Below are positions 11,160-21,812 of a DNA stretch of 64,000 nt, piece after piece. Position numbers and translations under genes: made by a program. This DNA comes from Planctomycetota bacterium (GTDB lineage: Bacteria > Planctomycetota > Phycisphaerae > UBA1845), in assembly GCA_024275565.1 (NCBI GenBank), contig JAJRYY010000009.1, forward strand, positions 636-64,635. Direction: 5' to 3'. The notes under the pieces are model-generated. The model was given only the letters and a program-made list of their open reading frames with translations, was not told the DNA's origin and did no database searches. Position 1 is the first letter of the stretch. Each line of letters begins with the position of its first letter.

Positions 11160-12062
11160 TCAGCCACCAGCTTCTGGTGTCGCAGTTGCATCCGCAGCAG
11201 CCACATCCGTCGCAGTCACAGTGGCTGTCCCGTCTGATGCACCGCCTGGAGGAGAAGCGTCGACATGGGGCTTACCGGCAGAACCGCCCCCAGCACCATC
11301 ATCCACACGAGCAGAAGCCCGCTCAGAACGACGACCAGTCTCCTTCTCAGCAGCAGCTTTCTCTTCAGCAGCGGTGGTCCGAGCACGCATGCCCTCCCGA
11401 ACCGAAGCAACCATATGCTCAAGTATGGTCTCAATGGACCGCATCGCATCGTCATTGCCCGGAATCGGAATATCCGCGAAATCAGGATCAGAATCCGTGT
11501 CGATCAGGCAAACCGTCGGAATGCCCATCGTCCGCGCTTCACGCACGGCGAGGTGCTCGCGCTGCACATCGATCACAACCAGCGCGCCAGGCAACTTCGA
11601 CATCTCACGGATACCGGAAAGGTTACGCGCAATCTTGCGACGCTCGCGAGTGTTCCGTGATGCCTGCTTCTTGCCAAACTCACTCGCGCGACCGTCAGCC
11701 TCCAACGCCTCAAGCTCTGCAAGACGAGTCAGACGAGACCGAATCGTGCGGAAATTTGTCAACGTCCCGCCAAGCCAACGCTCCGAAACATAAGGCATGC
11801 CAATGCTCGTCGCATGATGCACGACCGAATCCCGAGCCTGACGCTTCGTACCCACAAAGAGCACGTCGTCACCACGGGCAACAATCTGAGATATAAATTT
11901 CTTCGCGCGCAGAAGACCCTTCACTGTCTCGCGAATATCAATGATATGAATCAGGTTCCGCTTGGCGAATATATACTGACCCATCTTCGGATTCCAACGG
12001 CTTGCACGGTGACCGTAATGAATCCCGGCGTCAATCAGGCTGCGTACTAAGGGTGATGCCAA
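11160..12062 (-). CDS. rpsB: 30S ribosomal protein S2 with low-complexity C-terminal extension
   Basis: S2 core (LIDAGIHYGHRASRWNPKM...). The preferred start is the TTG at 12062, which has an AGGAG Shine-Dalgarno 9 nt upstream. The ORF track begins 21 codons earlier at 12125. The C-terminal ~70 aa are A/G/T/D-rich. Confidence 0.93.
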   Translation of the reverse strand: MASPLVRSLIDAGIHYGHRASRWNPKMGQYIFAKRNLIHIIDIRETVKGLLRAKKFISQIVARGDDVLFVGTKRQARDSVVHHATSIGMPYVSERWLGGTLTNFRTIRSRLTRLAELEALEADGRASEFGKKQASRNTRERRKIARNLSGIREMSKLPGALVVIDVQREHLAVREARTMGIPTVCLIDTDSDPDFADIPIPGNDDAMRSIETILEHMVASVREGMRARTTAAEEKAAAEKETGRRSERASARVDDGAGGGSAGKPHVDASPPGGASDGTATVTATDVAAADATATPEAGG

Positions 12063-12343
12063 CCTCGAATCTCCTGTCCTGTCTTTGCCTGCCTGTCCAG
12101 ACCCTACACATCCACCACGCGGCACAACCCCTTGATGAATCCCAGGAAATCTCTATCCGCGCGTGAACCATTGTCAATCCAACTCAGTCTCCTGACCCAT
12201 AAGTACAGCAGTCGGAGAACACGGGACCAATCAAAGTAACAGGAATAAACGCAAAATCAACCCACAACACGAAGAATTCCAACCCATTTTCTACATGCTC
12301 CTCCCTTGCCCACGCCCCACTCAACCGATTACAACGTCGCACA

Positions 12344-13516
12344 ATGTCCATCCAACATCACCATCAAACTGTCCATTCACCCCGGATTTTCATCTCCGCA
12401 GCAGAACCCAGCGGAGACCTTCACGCCGCTGCACTCATGCGCGAAATCAAAAAACGACGCCCAGACGCGATATTCGTCGGTGTCGCAGGTCCGAAAATGC
12501 AGCAGGAAGGCTGCTACCCCATCGCTGATTTCACAAAAAACGCCGCCATGCTCACTGGAGCGCTGGGGTCCGTAAAACGAGCAGCCAACCTCCTGGCGGA
12601 TATCACACACGAATTCGCACACAACGAGTACCACGCAGCCATTCTCATCGATTCACCCATGCTCAACCTCCCCATCGCCCTTCGCGCCAAATCAAGGGCA
12701 ATCCCAGTCCTGTACTATGTCGCCCCACAGCTATGGGCGTGGGGCAGATACCGGATCCACAAGGTTAAAGCACGAATTGATCGCCTAGCTGTAATCCTGC
12801 CTTTCGAGGAGGAATTCTTCGCAAGTTATGGATTCGACGTAACTTACGTCGGCCACCCACTCATCGACTCGCTCATCCAGCACCAGATCGACTCCGACAA
12901 GGTCGCGAAGCTCAGAGATGGCGGCAACCCCGTAATCGCCATCCTGCCCGGATCGAGAATGCACGTCGTCCGGCAGGTGTTGCCAGGTCAGCTTGAATTA
13001 GCAGCCGCAATCCGGAACACATACCCCAACGCCAGAATCCGGATCAGTGTCGCCAGAGAAGATCTCGAGCCTGTTGTACGAAGCATGGTCCGAAAACATC
13101 AAAATCTAAGTACCACTTTACATCGGGACGAAAACGCAGAACTGCTCACCGCATCCGACCTCGCTCTGGTCGCCTCCGGGACCGCCACGCTCGAAGTCGC
13201 CTATTACAACACCCCGATGATTACGATGTACAACGGAGGAAAGCTCTTCTACCACCTCTTCGCACGATGGATGCTCGCCATCAAGCACCTTTCCCTCGTC
13301 AATATCCTCGCCGGGCGCGAAATCATCCCCGAATTCATGCCCTATTACGACTCCACAGCCCCCATCATCCGGACAGCCCTGGACCTGCTCAGCAACGAAT
13401 CCCGCCGCGCGAGCATGAGAAGCGAACTCGCAAAAATCATCACCACCATCGAAAAACCGGGGGCATCTGCCCGAACAGCAGAAATGCTCCTCGACATGGT
13501 AGATTCAAACCATTGA
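12344..13516 (+). CDS. lpxB: lipid-A-disaccharide synthase
   Basis: 390 aa. N-terminal IFISAAEPSGDLHAAALM motif and full-length LpxB-like GT19 similarity. Confidence 0.9.
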   Translation: MSIQHHHQTVHSPRIFISAAEPSGDLHAAALMREIKKRRPDAIFVGVAGPKMQQEGCYPIADFTKNAAMLTGALGSVKRAANLLADITHEFAHNEYHAAILIDSPMLNLPIALRAKSRAIPVLYYVAPQLWAWGRYRIHKVKARIDRLAVILPFEEEFFASYGFDVTYVGHPLIDSLIQHQIDSDKVAKLRDGGNPVIAILPGSRMHVVRQVLPGQLELAAAIRNTYPNARIRISVAREDLEPVVRSMVRKHQNLSTTLHRDENAELLTASDLALVASGTATLEVAYYNTPMITMYNGGKLFYHLFARWMLAIKHLSLVNILAGREIIPEFMPYYDSTAPIIRTALDLLSNESRRASMRSELAKIITTIEKPGASARTAEMLLDMVDSNH

Positions 13517-13823
13517 CGTCAATCCGTTTGAACCTCGCAAGCCCCTCAGAGATCCCTTCAGTGTGCTTCCAGTGAACCGCCAAAATATGAAGCATCGCTG
13601 CAATTCTCTGTTGCGATAGCATCCGGTAGCTTGATATTGTCGATGAAGAAAGCGGAGGCAAGCGATGATGGAATTAAATTGTCTCTTTACAAAATAGTGT
13701 CCTAAGCGTTGGAAACTGAATGGCGTGGTCGTTATCATGGTTTCGACAGACCCGGCCAAAATGTGATTCGGCTGGGTCCAAGTACATTGGTCTTCTTACT
13801 TATATTGATATGGGGAAAAGAAC

Positions 13824-16364
13824 ATGACGTGCAGATCGATACCGTCCCTTCTTCTCGTAGTCACCCTGCTGGGTCTCTATTCTGTGCCCGAGACGGACGC
13901 CGCCCAGGTGGTGCTACGGCCGTCGAAGGACAACACATTGTATGACGGCAACGGTGGCACTCGAAGCAATGGGGCAGGGCAACACGTTTTTTCGGGGAAC
14001 AATAACAACCCCGCATTGCTTCCCCGACGGGCGGTGTTCTTCTTCGATGTGGCTGGCAATGTTCCTTCTGGAGCGACCATCAACAGCGTGGTACTCGAAC
14101 TGAATGTCACGCGTGCCGGATCGGGAACTCCGGCGATGAGTCTCCATCGCCTGAATACTGACTGGGGCGAATCTACGTCGCTTCCCAGCGGTGGTGCTGG
14201 TGGTGGAGGTGGAGGTGGACCGGCTGCTACCGGTGATACGACATGGTTGCATACATTTTTCAACTCGTCGTTCTGGGCATCCCCTGGTGGTGATTTCAGC
14301 GGAGTGGTCAGCGGGAGTGCATCAGTCGGCGGTGTCGGTTCATACACCTGGGGATCGACCGCGCAGATGGTGGCTGATGTTCAGGACTGGGTAGACAATC
14401 CCGCCGGTGAATTTGGGTGGATTCTGATTGGTAACGAAGCAGTGACACAGTCTGCCAGGCGGTTTGCATCTCGCCAGAACAGCAATTCGAGTTTGCGGCC
14501 TTTGCTGACGATCGATTACACAACTTCGGGGATCTCCGGTGCGTGCTGTGCAGGCGATGGAACTTGCACGAACCTCACGCCGCTCGCCTGCAGCAATAGC
14601 GGGGGAATCTATCAGGGCGACAATGCACCCTGCTTTCCGAATCCCTGTGTTCCTGCCATTGGTGCGTGTTGCGAGAACAGTGGGGTATGCACGGACACAA
14701 CGGATGCGGATTGCACGCTTCTGGGCGGCGTTTTTCAAGGCGTGGGCAATCTATGCTCCCCCGGCCTCTGCCCGGTGATCCTGGAACCCTACGTCGATGC
14801 TCTGCCGATTCCCGGCGTGTTGCAACCTGTCACGGGCACGTCTGGCGGGGTGGCTCATTATGTCGTCAACATGCTTGAGTTCGATCAGCAGCTTCATCGC
14901 GACCTGCCACCGACCCGGTTGTGGGGATATGAAGGTTTGTACCCCGGTCCTACGATCGAGGCGACGAGTGGTCAGCAGGTTACGGTGGAGTGGGTCAACG
15001 ACCTCCGCGATGAGTTTGGGGTGTTGAGAACCGATCATCTGCTTCCAGTGAATCTCTGTGCGCATGGTCCGAATACCGAAGGCGACAATCCACGCACAGT
15101 GGTCCATCTTCACGGCGCTCATGTTCAGGAGGAATACGATGGTTATCCTGAAAGCACCTTCCTGCCCGGCGAGAGTGATACTTACATCTACGAGAACAAC
15201 CAGCTTCCTGCCACGTTGTGGTACCACGATCACGCGATCGGTATTACGCGACTGAACGTGCAACTCGGTCTTGCTGCATTCTACATCATTCGTGACGCGT
15301 TCGAGTTGAGTCTGGGTCTTCCGGATGGCGAGTTCGAGATTCCCATCGCGATTCAGGATCGCACGTTCAACCCCGATGGATCTCTCGTGTATCCCTTCGA
15401 CCTGGGCGATTTCTTCTTTGGCGATACAATGGTGGTCAATGGAAAAGCCTGGCCATTCCTGAACGTCAAGCAGGGCAAATATCGCCTGCGATTGCTGAAC
15501 GGTTGCAATGCCCGGACGCTGACGCTTGCGATGTCGTCGGGCGATCCTTTCGTGCGGATCGGTACGGACGGTGGATTGCTGCCCACACCGGTGACGGTGA
15601 GTGAAATCACGTTGTCACCGGCTGAGCGTGCGGATGTCATCATTGATTTCGCCGGGTTCGCACCGGGAACCGAAATCATCCTGACCAACAGCGCTCCTGC
15701 ACCCTACCCCGGACTGGCTGGCGTCGGTGTGATTCCCGAAGTCATGAAGTTCATCGTGACGGCGGACCCTGGTGATACCGACCCGATCCCGACGAAACTG
15801 CGTCCGATGGAGGTGCTTCAGGAAGCAGACTCGGTCGTCACGCGTGATTTCGAGTTAAGCAAGGTGGCTGAACCCTGTGCCGGTGCAATGTGGACGATCA
15901 ACGGTCTGATGTGGAACGACATCACCGAGTTCCCGGTTCTTGATACCACCGAGACGTGGCGGTTCATCAACAAGTCCGGCATGATGCACCCGATGCACAT
16001 GCACCTTGTGATGTTCCAGGTACTGGACAGTCAGCCATTCATGATGGTTGGTGACGAGATTGTCACGACGGGTCCTCCCGTAGCACCCCCTCTGCATGAG
16101 CAGGGGTGGAAGGACACCGTGCGGGTCGATCCGTTTGAAATCGTGCGTGTGATCGCCCGGTTCGAGAGCTACACAGGGAAATATGCCTACCATTGCCACA
16201 TCCTCGAACACGAGGACCACGAGATGATGCGGCAGTTCCAGGTCGTTGCACCAGGTGATATTCCGACGATGTCTGAGTGGGGTATGCTGAACCTGGCCAT
16301 CTGCCTGATGATCGCGGGACAACTGATCTTCGCTCGACGAAGGCACAGTTCGATCGCGCGTTAA
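13824..16364 (+). CDS. secreted multicopper oxidase (CotA/bilirubin-oxidase-like) with a DNRLRE-like N-domain, two Cys-rich modules and an IPTL-CTERM-like tail
   Basis: Signal peptide present. Copper ligand motifs HLHGAH, WYHDH, HPMHMHL and HCHILEHEDHEMM. The C-terminus is DIPTMSEWGMLNLAICLMIAGQLIFARRRHS. Confidence 0.9.
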   Translation: MTCRSIPSLLLVVTLLGLYSVPETDAAQVVLRPSKDNTLYDGNGGTRSNGAGQHVFSGNNNNPALLPRRAVFFFDVAGNVPSGATINSVVLELNVTRAGSGTPAMSLHRLNTDWGESTSLPSGGAGGGGGGGPAATGDTTWLHTFFNSSFWASPGGDFSGVVSGSASVGGVGSYTWGSTAQMVADVQDWVDNPAGEFGWILIGNEAVTQSARRFASRQNSNSSLRPLLTIDYTTSGISGACCAGDGTCTNLTPLACSNSGGIYQGDNAPCFPNPCVPAIGACCENSGVCTDTTDADCTLLGGVFQGVGNLCSPGLCPVILEPYVDALPIPGVLQPVTGTSGGVAHYVVNMLEFDQQLHRDLPPTRLWGYEGLYPGPTIEATSGQQVTVEWVNDLRDEFGVLRTDHLLPVNLCAHGPNTEGDNPRTVVHLHGAHVQEEYDGYPESTFLPGESDTYIYENNQLPATLWYHDHAIGITRLNVQLGLAAFYIIRDAFELSLGLPDGEFEIPIAIQDRTFNPDGSLVYPFDLGDFFFGDTMVVNGKAWPFLNVKQGKYRLRLLNGCNARTLTLAMSSGDPFVRIGTDGGLLPTPVTVSEITLSPAERADVIIDFAGFAPGTEIILTNSAPAPYPGLAGVGVIPEVMKFIVTADPGDTDPIPTKLRPMEVLQEADSVVTRDFELSKVAEPCAGAMWTINGLMWNDITEFPVLDTTETWRFINKSGMMHPMHMHLVMFQVLDSQPFMMVGDEIVTTGPPVAPPLHEQGWKDTVRVDPFEIVRVIARFESYTGKYAYHCHILEHEDHEMMRQFQVVAPGDIPTMSEWGMLNLAICLMIAGQLIFARRRHSSIAR

Positions 16365-16380
16365 GCAATGCATACTGCAC

Positions 16381-16412
16381 AGCGTTCATCATCCTGACGG
16401 GTGATGAACGCT
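16381..16412. terminator. 11-bp perfect inverted repeat between convergent genes
   Basis: AGCGTTCATCA-N10-TGATGAACGCT. There is no clear U tract, so it may be a bidirectional terminator or an RNA-stability hairpin. Confidence 0.5.
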
Positions 16413-16451
16413 GTGACTGTCTAACCTGTTTCCAACCTATTTCTTTCCAAC

Positions 16452-17279
16452 CTATTTCCCGGTAAAGCTGATCTGGAACTGACCAAAGTCTGCAAAATCG
16501 ATATCGACATCACCGTCGAAATCGAATGCACAGGTACAGTCTTCTCCAGCAGGACCTGGCCCCGTCATGCAATCGAGAATGGCGGCTGCATCGAGGAGGT
16601 CTACATCACCGTCGCCGTCGAAATCACCCGATGGACCGGTGCATCCTTGCGCACCATTCAATACGACCCGGTCGAGACCGAAGACGCCAGCGGTCATGGT
16701 CGGAGGTCCGAGCAAAATGGGCGGTGTGTCGTGGCGGAAGAATACCGCATTCACGCCCTGAAGCACCTCATCAAATGTGGCAGACGGGGGATCTTCAAAC
16801 CCGATGTACACGAAGTCGTCTGCCAGGAGGTCGACCGTGAATTCGGTCCAGTCCGTCCCGACGGGCAGGATGACCCCTTTGATGGCAGAATAGCGTGCGC
16901 CCTGACCGAACTGCCCATCTGCAAGCCCGAGATGGATTTCGAGATCGATGGCACCGAGGTTCTTCAACCAGAATGTCATCGAGGTTGCACCGACCGCAGG
17001 ATAATCGCCGAGGAATGCGCTGTGGAGTTTTTTGTCCCGGGCGTGAATTCCGAGCGGGCCGGGGAGATCCGGCGTGCGAGACATCTGCAGAAAACCGTCA
17101 CCATCGCCACCAACACCGCCGGTACCAGGGTTGGTTGAAGGTGTCTGGGCGAACCAGCCATTCGCGTCGCCACCGGAAAAATCCTCAACGACGCCCGTTT
17201 CGGCAGCCATCGCTCCCGCCGCCATGCCCATTGCCACCGTCATACACGCGAATACACCCGCGCTCATTTTCTTTCGCAT
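16452..17279 (-). CDS. secreted protein of unknown function with C-terminal dockerin/EF-hand-like tag
   Basis: Signal peptide (MRKKMSAGVFACMTVAMGMAAGAMA). C-terminus GDFDGDGDVDLLD...FDFDGDVDIDFADFGQFQISFTGK. Confidence 0.75.
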   Translation of the reverse strand: MRKKMSAGVFACMTVAMGMAAGAMAAETGVVEDFSGGDANGWFAQTPSTNPGTGGVGGDGDGFLQMSRTPDLPGPLGIHARDKKLHSAFLGDYPAVGATSMTFWLKNLGAIDLEIHLGLADGQFGQGARYSAIKGVILPVGTDWTEFTVDLLADDFVYIGFEDPPSATFDEVLQGVNAVFFRHDTPPILLGPPTMTAGVFGLDRVVLNGAQGCTGPSGDFDGDGDVDLLDAAAILDCMTGPGPAGEDCTCAFDFDGDVDIDFADFGQFQISFTGK

Positions 17280-17399
17280 CCCAAGCTCCTATCCTCATCC
17301 ATTCCCGGTTCGCTACGCGATACCCCAAACTCAGCCATATGTTGTAACATAAGCCGGGTCGCGTTTCTCGCCAACAAAATCGGATTTTATGTCGGAAAT

Positions 17400-17441
17400 G
17401 CAAAAAAAAAACCGGCATGCGACCTTCTCGCACGCCGGTTT
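17400..17441 (-). terminator. rho-independent terminator downstream of aceA
   Basis: The minus strand has a CCGGCGTGCGA-GAAGG-TCGCATGCCGG stem followed by U10. Confidence 0.8.
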
Positions 17442-17518
17442 GACCACGATTCTATTCAATTCTGCACGCTGGAACACGATCGCAATTCCTGCGGCAACTT
17501 ATTTATTCAACAGATTCG

Positions 17519-18850
17519 TCAGGATCGACCGTTTCGACCCAGTTTGACAGGGGTTGCCTCGAACTGCTCCTCCTCGGTTGATCCTGCCAGTGCGGTCGTT
17601 TCAGCCGCCCCGCCAGTGACGAGAGTCTGGATTTTGTCGAAATATCCGGTTCCGACGAACCGCTGGTGCTTGGTGGCCTGGTATCCGAAATCTCGGTCGC
17701 TGTCGAATTCATGCTCCTGAAGTGAAGCGTAGGCGGTCATGCCCTCGTCGCGGTATTTTCTAGCCAGCTCGAACATGCCGAGATTAAGACAATGGAAGCC
17801 CGCCAGAGTGATGAACTGGAATTTGTATCCCATCGCGCCCAGCTCTCGCTGGAACTTTGCGATCGTTGCGTCGTCGAGCTGGGCCTTCCAGTTGAAGGAG
17901 GGGGAACAGTTGTAGGCCAACAGCTTTCCGGGATATTCGGCGTGGACTGCCTCGGCGAATCGCTTTGCCTCGCCCAGGTCGGGATGGGCAGTTTCGCACC
18001 AGATCATGTCGCAATGTGGGGCGTATGCGAGGCCTCGGGCGATGGCAGCGTCCATCCCGCCATTGAACCGGAAGAAACCCTCGCTTGTGCGCTCACCAGT
18101 GATGAATGGCCGGTCCCGCTCGTCTGTGTCGCAGGTGAGAAGCTTGCAACCATTGGTGTCGGTGCGTGCGACAAGGACAGTTGGAACGCCGCAGACATCG
18201 GCCGCCATCCGTGCCGCAATAAGTTTCTGGATGAACTGGTCAGTGGGGACCGCCACTTTTCCGCCCATATGACCGCACTTTTTAGCGGACGATAACTGAT
18301 CCTCAAAATGCACGCCGGCGGCGCCAGCTTCGATCATGAGTTTCATAAGCTCGTATGCGTTGAGGTTGCCACCGAACCCTGCTTCCGCGTCTGCGACGAT
18401 CGGTGCGAACCAGTACTTACCCGTCGGATCGTCGCTCATCTGATCCACCTGGTCGGCGCGCATGAGCGCTGCGTTGACCCTTTTAACAACATTTGGGACG
18501 CTATCGGAGGGGTAGAGACTCATGTCGGGATACATTTGACCCGCAAGGTTCGCGTCGGCGGCTACCTGCCAGCCGGACATATAGATTGCTTTCAGTCCGG
18601 CCTGGACCATCTGAACAGCCTGATTTCCGGTCAATGCTCCGAGTGCGTGGACATAATCCTCGGTATGCATGAGGCTCCAGAGGCGTTCTGATCCGAGTGT
18701 TGCGAGTGTGTGCTCGATTTTGACGCTGCCGCGAAGCTGGATGACATCCTCAGCCGTGTAGGGTCGTACAACGCCTGCCCAGCGCGGATCCTTCTTCCAA
18801 TAATCCTGCATCTGCTGAACAATGACGTCGCGGTTACCGTTGATAATCAT
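17519..18850 (-). CDS. aceA: isocitrate lyase
   Basis: Catalytic motif KKCGHMGGK and full-length ICL similarity. The start is set at the ATG at 18850, which has a GGAGGAG Shine-Dalgarno 6 nt upstream. The ORF track begins at a TTG at 18871. Confidence 0.95.
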   Translation of the reverse strand: MIINGNRDVIVQQMQDYWKKDPRWAGVVRPYTAEDVIQLRGSVKIEHTLATLGSERLWSLMHTEDYVHALGALTGNQAVQMVQAGLKAIYMSGWQVAADANLAGQMYPDMSLYPSDSVPNVVKRVNAALMRADQVDQMSDDPTGKYWFAPIVADAEAGFGGNLNAYELMKLMIEAGAAGVHFEDQLSSAKKCGHMGGKVAVPTDQFIQKLIAARMAADVCGVPTVLVARTDTNGCKLLTCDTDERDRPFITGERTSEGFFRFNGGMDAAIARGLAYAPHCDMIWCETAHPDLGEAKRFAEAVHAEYPGKLLAYNCSPSFNWKAQLDDATIAKFQRELGAMGYKFQFITLAGFHCLNLGMFELARKYRDEGMTAYASLQEHEFDSDRDFGYQATKHQRFVGTGYFDKIQTLVTGGAAETTALAGSTEEEQFEATPVKLGRNGRS

Positions 18851-18946
18851 ATTTTTCTCCTCCGGGTTCAATATCCCAGTCTTGGCTTCCTGTTGTTTAG
18901 CTTTCTATATTTGTAGTTTCCCAGTTTCAGCGTCCCAGTTTCAGAT

Positions 18947-20608
18947 TCACTTGTTTTGCAGCTTCCCCAATAGTTCGTATGCGGGGAGCGTTAGAAAATC
19001 GACGAGCGTTTCGTCGGTTGAAATGCGATCGAAGATGTCTGCGGCTTCGACGAAAGCACCCGCAGCGAAACGCTCTTCTCCGACCCCTTCTCTGATATGT
19101 TTCAGCTCATCGCGGAGCATTGATTTGAAGAGTTCTTTCGTGATGACAACGCCATCTGTCTGCGCAACAGTTCCATCTGCCCGCTTGACATATCCATCAG
19201 ACAGCTTTGCACGGTGGCGGATCCATTGCCATATCTGTGTGCGTGAGATTTCAGCAGTGGCAGCGTCTTCCATAAGATGATAGAGCGGTACGCAGCCATT
19301 CCCGCGTAACCAGCTTTCCAGATATTGGACGCCGACACTGATATTGTGTCGAAGTCCTTTCTCCGTAATATTCCCACGCGGAACTTCGAGCAGATCGTTC
19401 GCCGTAACCATGACATCCCCGCGTGGCCGATCGATCTGATTCGGGCCTGGCATTTTTTCGTTGAATATATCCATTGCAGTCGATACCAGTCCGGGGTGCG
19501 CCACCCACGTCCCATCATGCCCTTCTTCAACTTCGCGTAATTTGTCTGCACGGACTTTGGCGATGGCTGCTTCGTTTGCCTTCGGATCAGATTTTATCGG
19601 AATCTGTGCAGCCATACCGCCCATGGCATGGGCACCTCGGCGGTGACATGTTTGAATGACATACCGTACATAGTTCCGCATCAATGGAACGGACATCGAT
19701 ATCTGGTCACGGTCCGGTAATACAAATCTGGAATTATTTCGGAATGTTTTAACAAAACTGAAAATATAATCCCAACGTCCGCAATTCAGACCGGCTGAGT
19801 GGTCCCGAAGCTCGTACAGAATTTCATCCGCTTCAAAGCTGGCCAGCACATGCTCAATGAGCACGGTTGCCTTGATCGATCCACGCGGGATGCCCAGTTC
19901 GTCCTGAGCGGTCTTGAAGAGGTCGTTCCAGAGTCGTGCTTCGAGGTGGTTCTGCAATTTCGGAAGATAATAATAGGGTCCAGAACCGTTATTGAGCAGC
20001 GTCCTGGCGTTGTGGAAGAAGTACAGCGCAAAATCGAAAATGCTACCGGAAACGGGTTGATTATCGACCCTGAGATGTTCCTCAACCAGATGCCAACCTC
20101 GCGGGCGGATCATGAGCGTCGCAGGATGATCGAAGAGTTTGTATTGCTTCCCTTCGGAGTTTGTGAATGCGATGGTGCGATTGACTGCATCACGCATGTT
20201 TATCTGCCCCTGGACCATGTTGTCCCAGGTTGGCGAATTGGAATCCTCAAAGTCTGCCATGAAACATTGCACGCCACTGTTGAGGGCATTGATGACCATT
20301 TTTCGATCGGTGGGTCCGGTAATCTCCACGCGTCGATCGCGCAGGTCATTCGGTATGGGCGCTATTTTCCATTTCGATTCCCGGATCCCCTCAGTCATTT
20401 CCAGAAAACCGGGCATATGCCCGGCGTCAATATCGCATTGGCGATCGATACGCTTGTTCAGGAGGTCGATGCGTGTTGCGTTATGGGACCGGTGGAGCGT
20501 CGCAATGAACGCGAGCGCCTCTGGTGTAAGGATTTCTGCGTATTCGGGCGTCACCAGCCCATTTATGGATATACCGTCCGTTACAACTGTCGCAATGCGC
20601 GCAACCAT
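18947..20608 (-). CDS. aceB: malate synthase A
   Basis: Motifs [13 protein letters not shown] and RPRGWHL, with full-length similarity to malate synthase A. The start is either the ATG at 20608 or the GTG at 20614. Confidence 0.92.
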   Translation of the reverse strand: MVARIATVVTDGISINGLVTPEYAEILTPEALAFIATLHRSHNATRIDLLNKRIDRQCDIDAGHMPGFLEMTEGIRESKWKIAPIPNDLRDRRVEITGPTDRKMVINALNSGVQCFMADFEDSNSPTWDNMVQGQINMRDAVNRTIAFTNSEGKQYKLFDHPATLMIRPRGWHLVEEHLRVDNQPVSGSIFDFALYFFHNARTLLNNGSGPYYYLPKLQNHLEARLWNDLFKTAQDELGIPRGSIKATVLIEHVLASFEADEILYELRDHSAGLNCGRWDYIFSFVKTFRNNSRFVLPDRDQISMSVPLMRNYVRYVIQTCHRRGAHAMGGMAAQIPIKSDPKANEAAIAKVRADKLREVEEGHDGTWVAHPGLVSTAMDIFNEKMPGPNQIDRPRGDVMVTANDLLEVPRGNITEKGLRHNISVGVQYLESWLRGNGCVPLYHLMEDAATAEISRTQIWQWIRHRAKLSDGYVKRADGTVAQTDGVVITKELFKSMLRDELKHIREGVGEERFAAGAFVEAADIFDRISTDETLVDFLTLPAYELLGKLQNK

Positions 20609-20759
20609 ACTCACCCCTTTTTTCCAAAGGAAATATCGTTATCGGTGCATGTTCAATCGAGAAGTATGCCAGGAAACGACTCCATACATACTGCATTATG
20701 GGTCGTATTACTTTTCCCCTTTCCATCTCGTACGTATCATTCGTAGCGATTGAAGAATA

Positions 20760-20774
20760 ATTAGGCAAACTAAT
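20760..20774. promoter_or_regulatory. candidate LysR-type T-N11-A box
   Basis: Perfect dyad ATTAG-GCAAA-CTAAT in the aceB/LysR divergent region. Confidence 0.45.
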
Positions 20775-20775
20775 A

Positions 20776-21762
20776 GTGCCAATGTATAGTATTGATAGAA
20801 TCTATTATGGAAATTGGGGGCAGAACATCGTGGCGAAGCAGGTCCATCGCGCCTACTACAAGCAGAATCGATTGCAACAATTACGCGGATTCTGCTACGC
20901 AGCCAAGGCGCTCAGCATCTCGAAGGCAGCTCAGAAGATGTTTCTGAGTCAACCGTCCGTGTCTCTGCAGATCCAGGCGTTGGAGCGCGAGCTGGGGGTC
21001 GTGCTGTTTGAACGGTATGGACCGAAAATATCGCTCACCCCCGATGGGGAAGCGTTGCTCGTCCTGGCGACCCCACTCGTGGAGGGGATGGACAACCTCC
21101 CTGCGTCCTTTGCAGCCCGTCGCGAGGAGATCGGCGAAGGCAGACTCGATGTCGCCGCTGGCGAATCGACCATCCTCTACATTCTCCCGGAACTTGTTCA
21201 CGCTTTCAGCAAGCGTTACCCACGCATCGAACTGAAGCTCCACAATGTCACAGGTCAGACCGGGTTGAAAATGCTGCGGGCGGGTGAAGTTGATTTCGCT
21301 GTCGGGTCCATGATCGATACGCATGATGACATCGTGTTTGCTGCGATCTGGACGTACGCACCAATGCTCATCACGCCGATGGACTGTCCGCTGGCGGATC
21401 GAAAGCGCGTGAGCATGAAAGACATCGCCGCAGAACCGCTTATTCTCCCGCCGCGACAGCTCACGACCTACCGACTGATCGAAGCAGCGATGGAGCAGCG
21501 AGGCCTAAACTACCATGTGCGGGTGGAGGCTGGAGGCTGGGAGGTGATTAAGAAGTATGTTCAGATCGGGCTGGGCGTGTCGATAGTCCCGAGCTTCTGC
21601 CTGACCGGCGATGAACCCGTCAGGTCGATTTCCGTCAAGGGACACTTCCCGGAACGGACCTACGGCGTGGTGCTTCGGAAAGGGAGATTTCTATCGCCAC
21701 AGGCAAAGGAGTTCATTCGAAACCTCTCACCCTTGACGCATGACCTCGCGGAAATCGCGTAA
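20776..21762 (+). CDS. LysR-family transcriptional regulator (divergent from aceBA)
   Basis: N-terminal wHTH (LQQLRGFCYAAKALSISKAAQKMFLSQPSVSLQIQALERELG) plus a LysR substrate-binding domain. The true start may be the GTG at 20830. Confidence 0.88.
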   Translation: MPMYSIDRIYYGNWGQNIVAKQVHRAYYKQNRLQQLRGFCYAAKALSISKAAQKMFLSQPSVSLQIQALERELGVVLFERYGPKISLTPDGEALLVLATPLVEGMDNLPASFAARREEIGEGRLDVAAGESTILYILPELVHAFSKRYPRIELKLHNVTGQTGLKMLRAGEVDFAVGSMIDTHDDIVFAAIWTYAPMLITPMDCPLADRKRVSMKDIAAEPLILPPRQLTTYRLIEAAMEQRGLNYHVRVEAGGWEVIKKYVQIGLGVSIVPSFCLTGDEPVRSISVKGHFPERTYGVVLRKGRFLSPQAKEFIRNLSPLTHDLAEIA

Positions 21763-21812
21763 AACAGCAGACAACCCACCCACGCAGCATCCTGTATATT
21801 CTTGTGGTGTTG

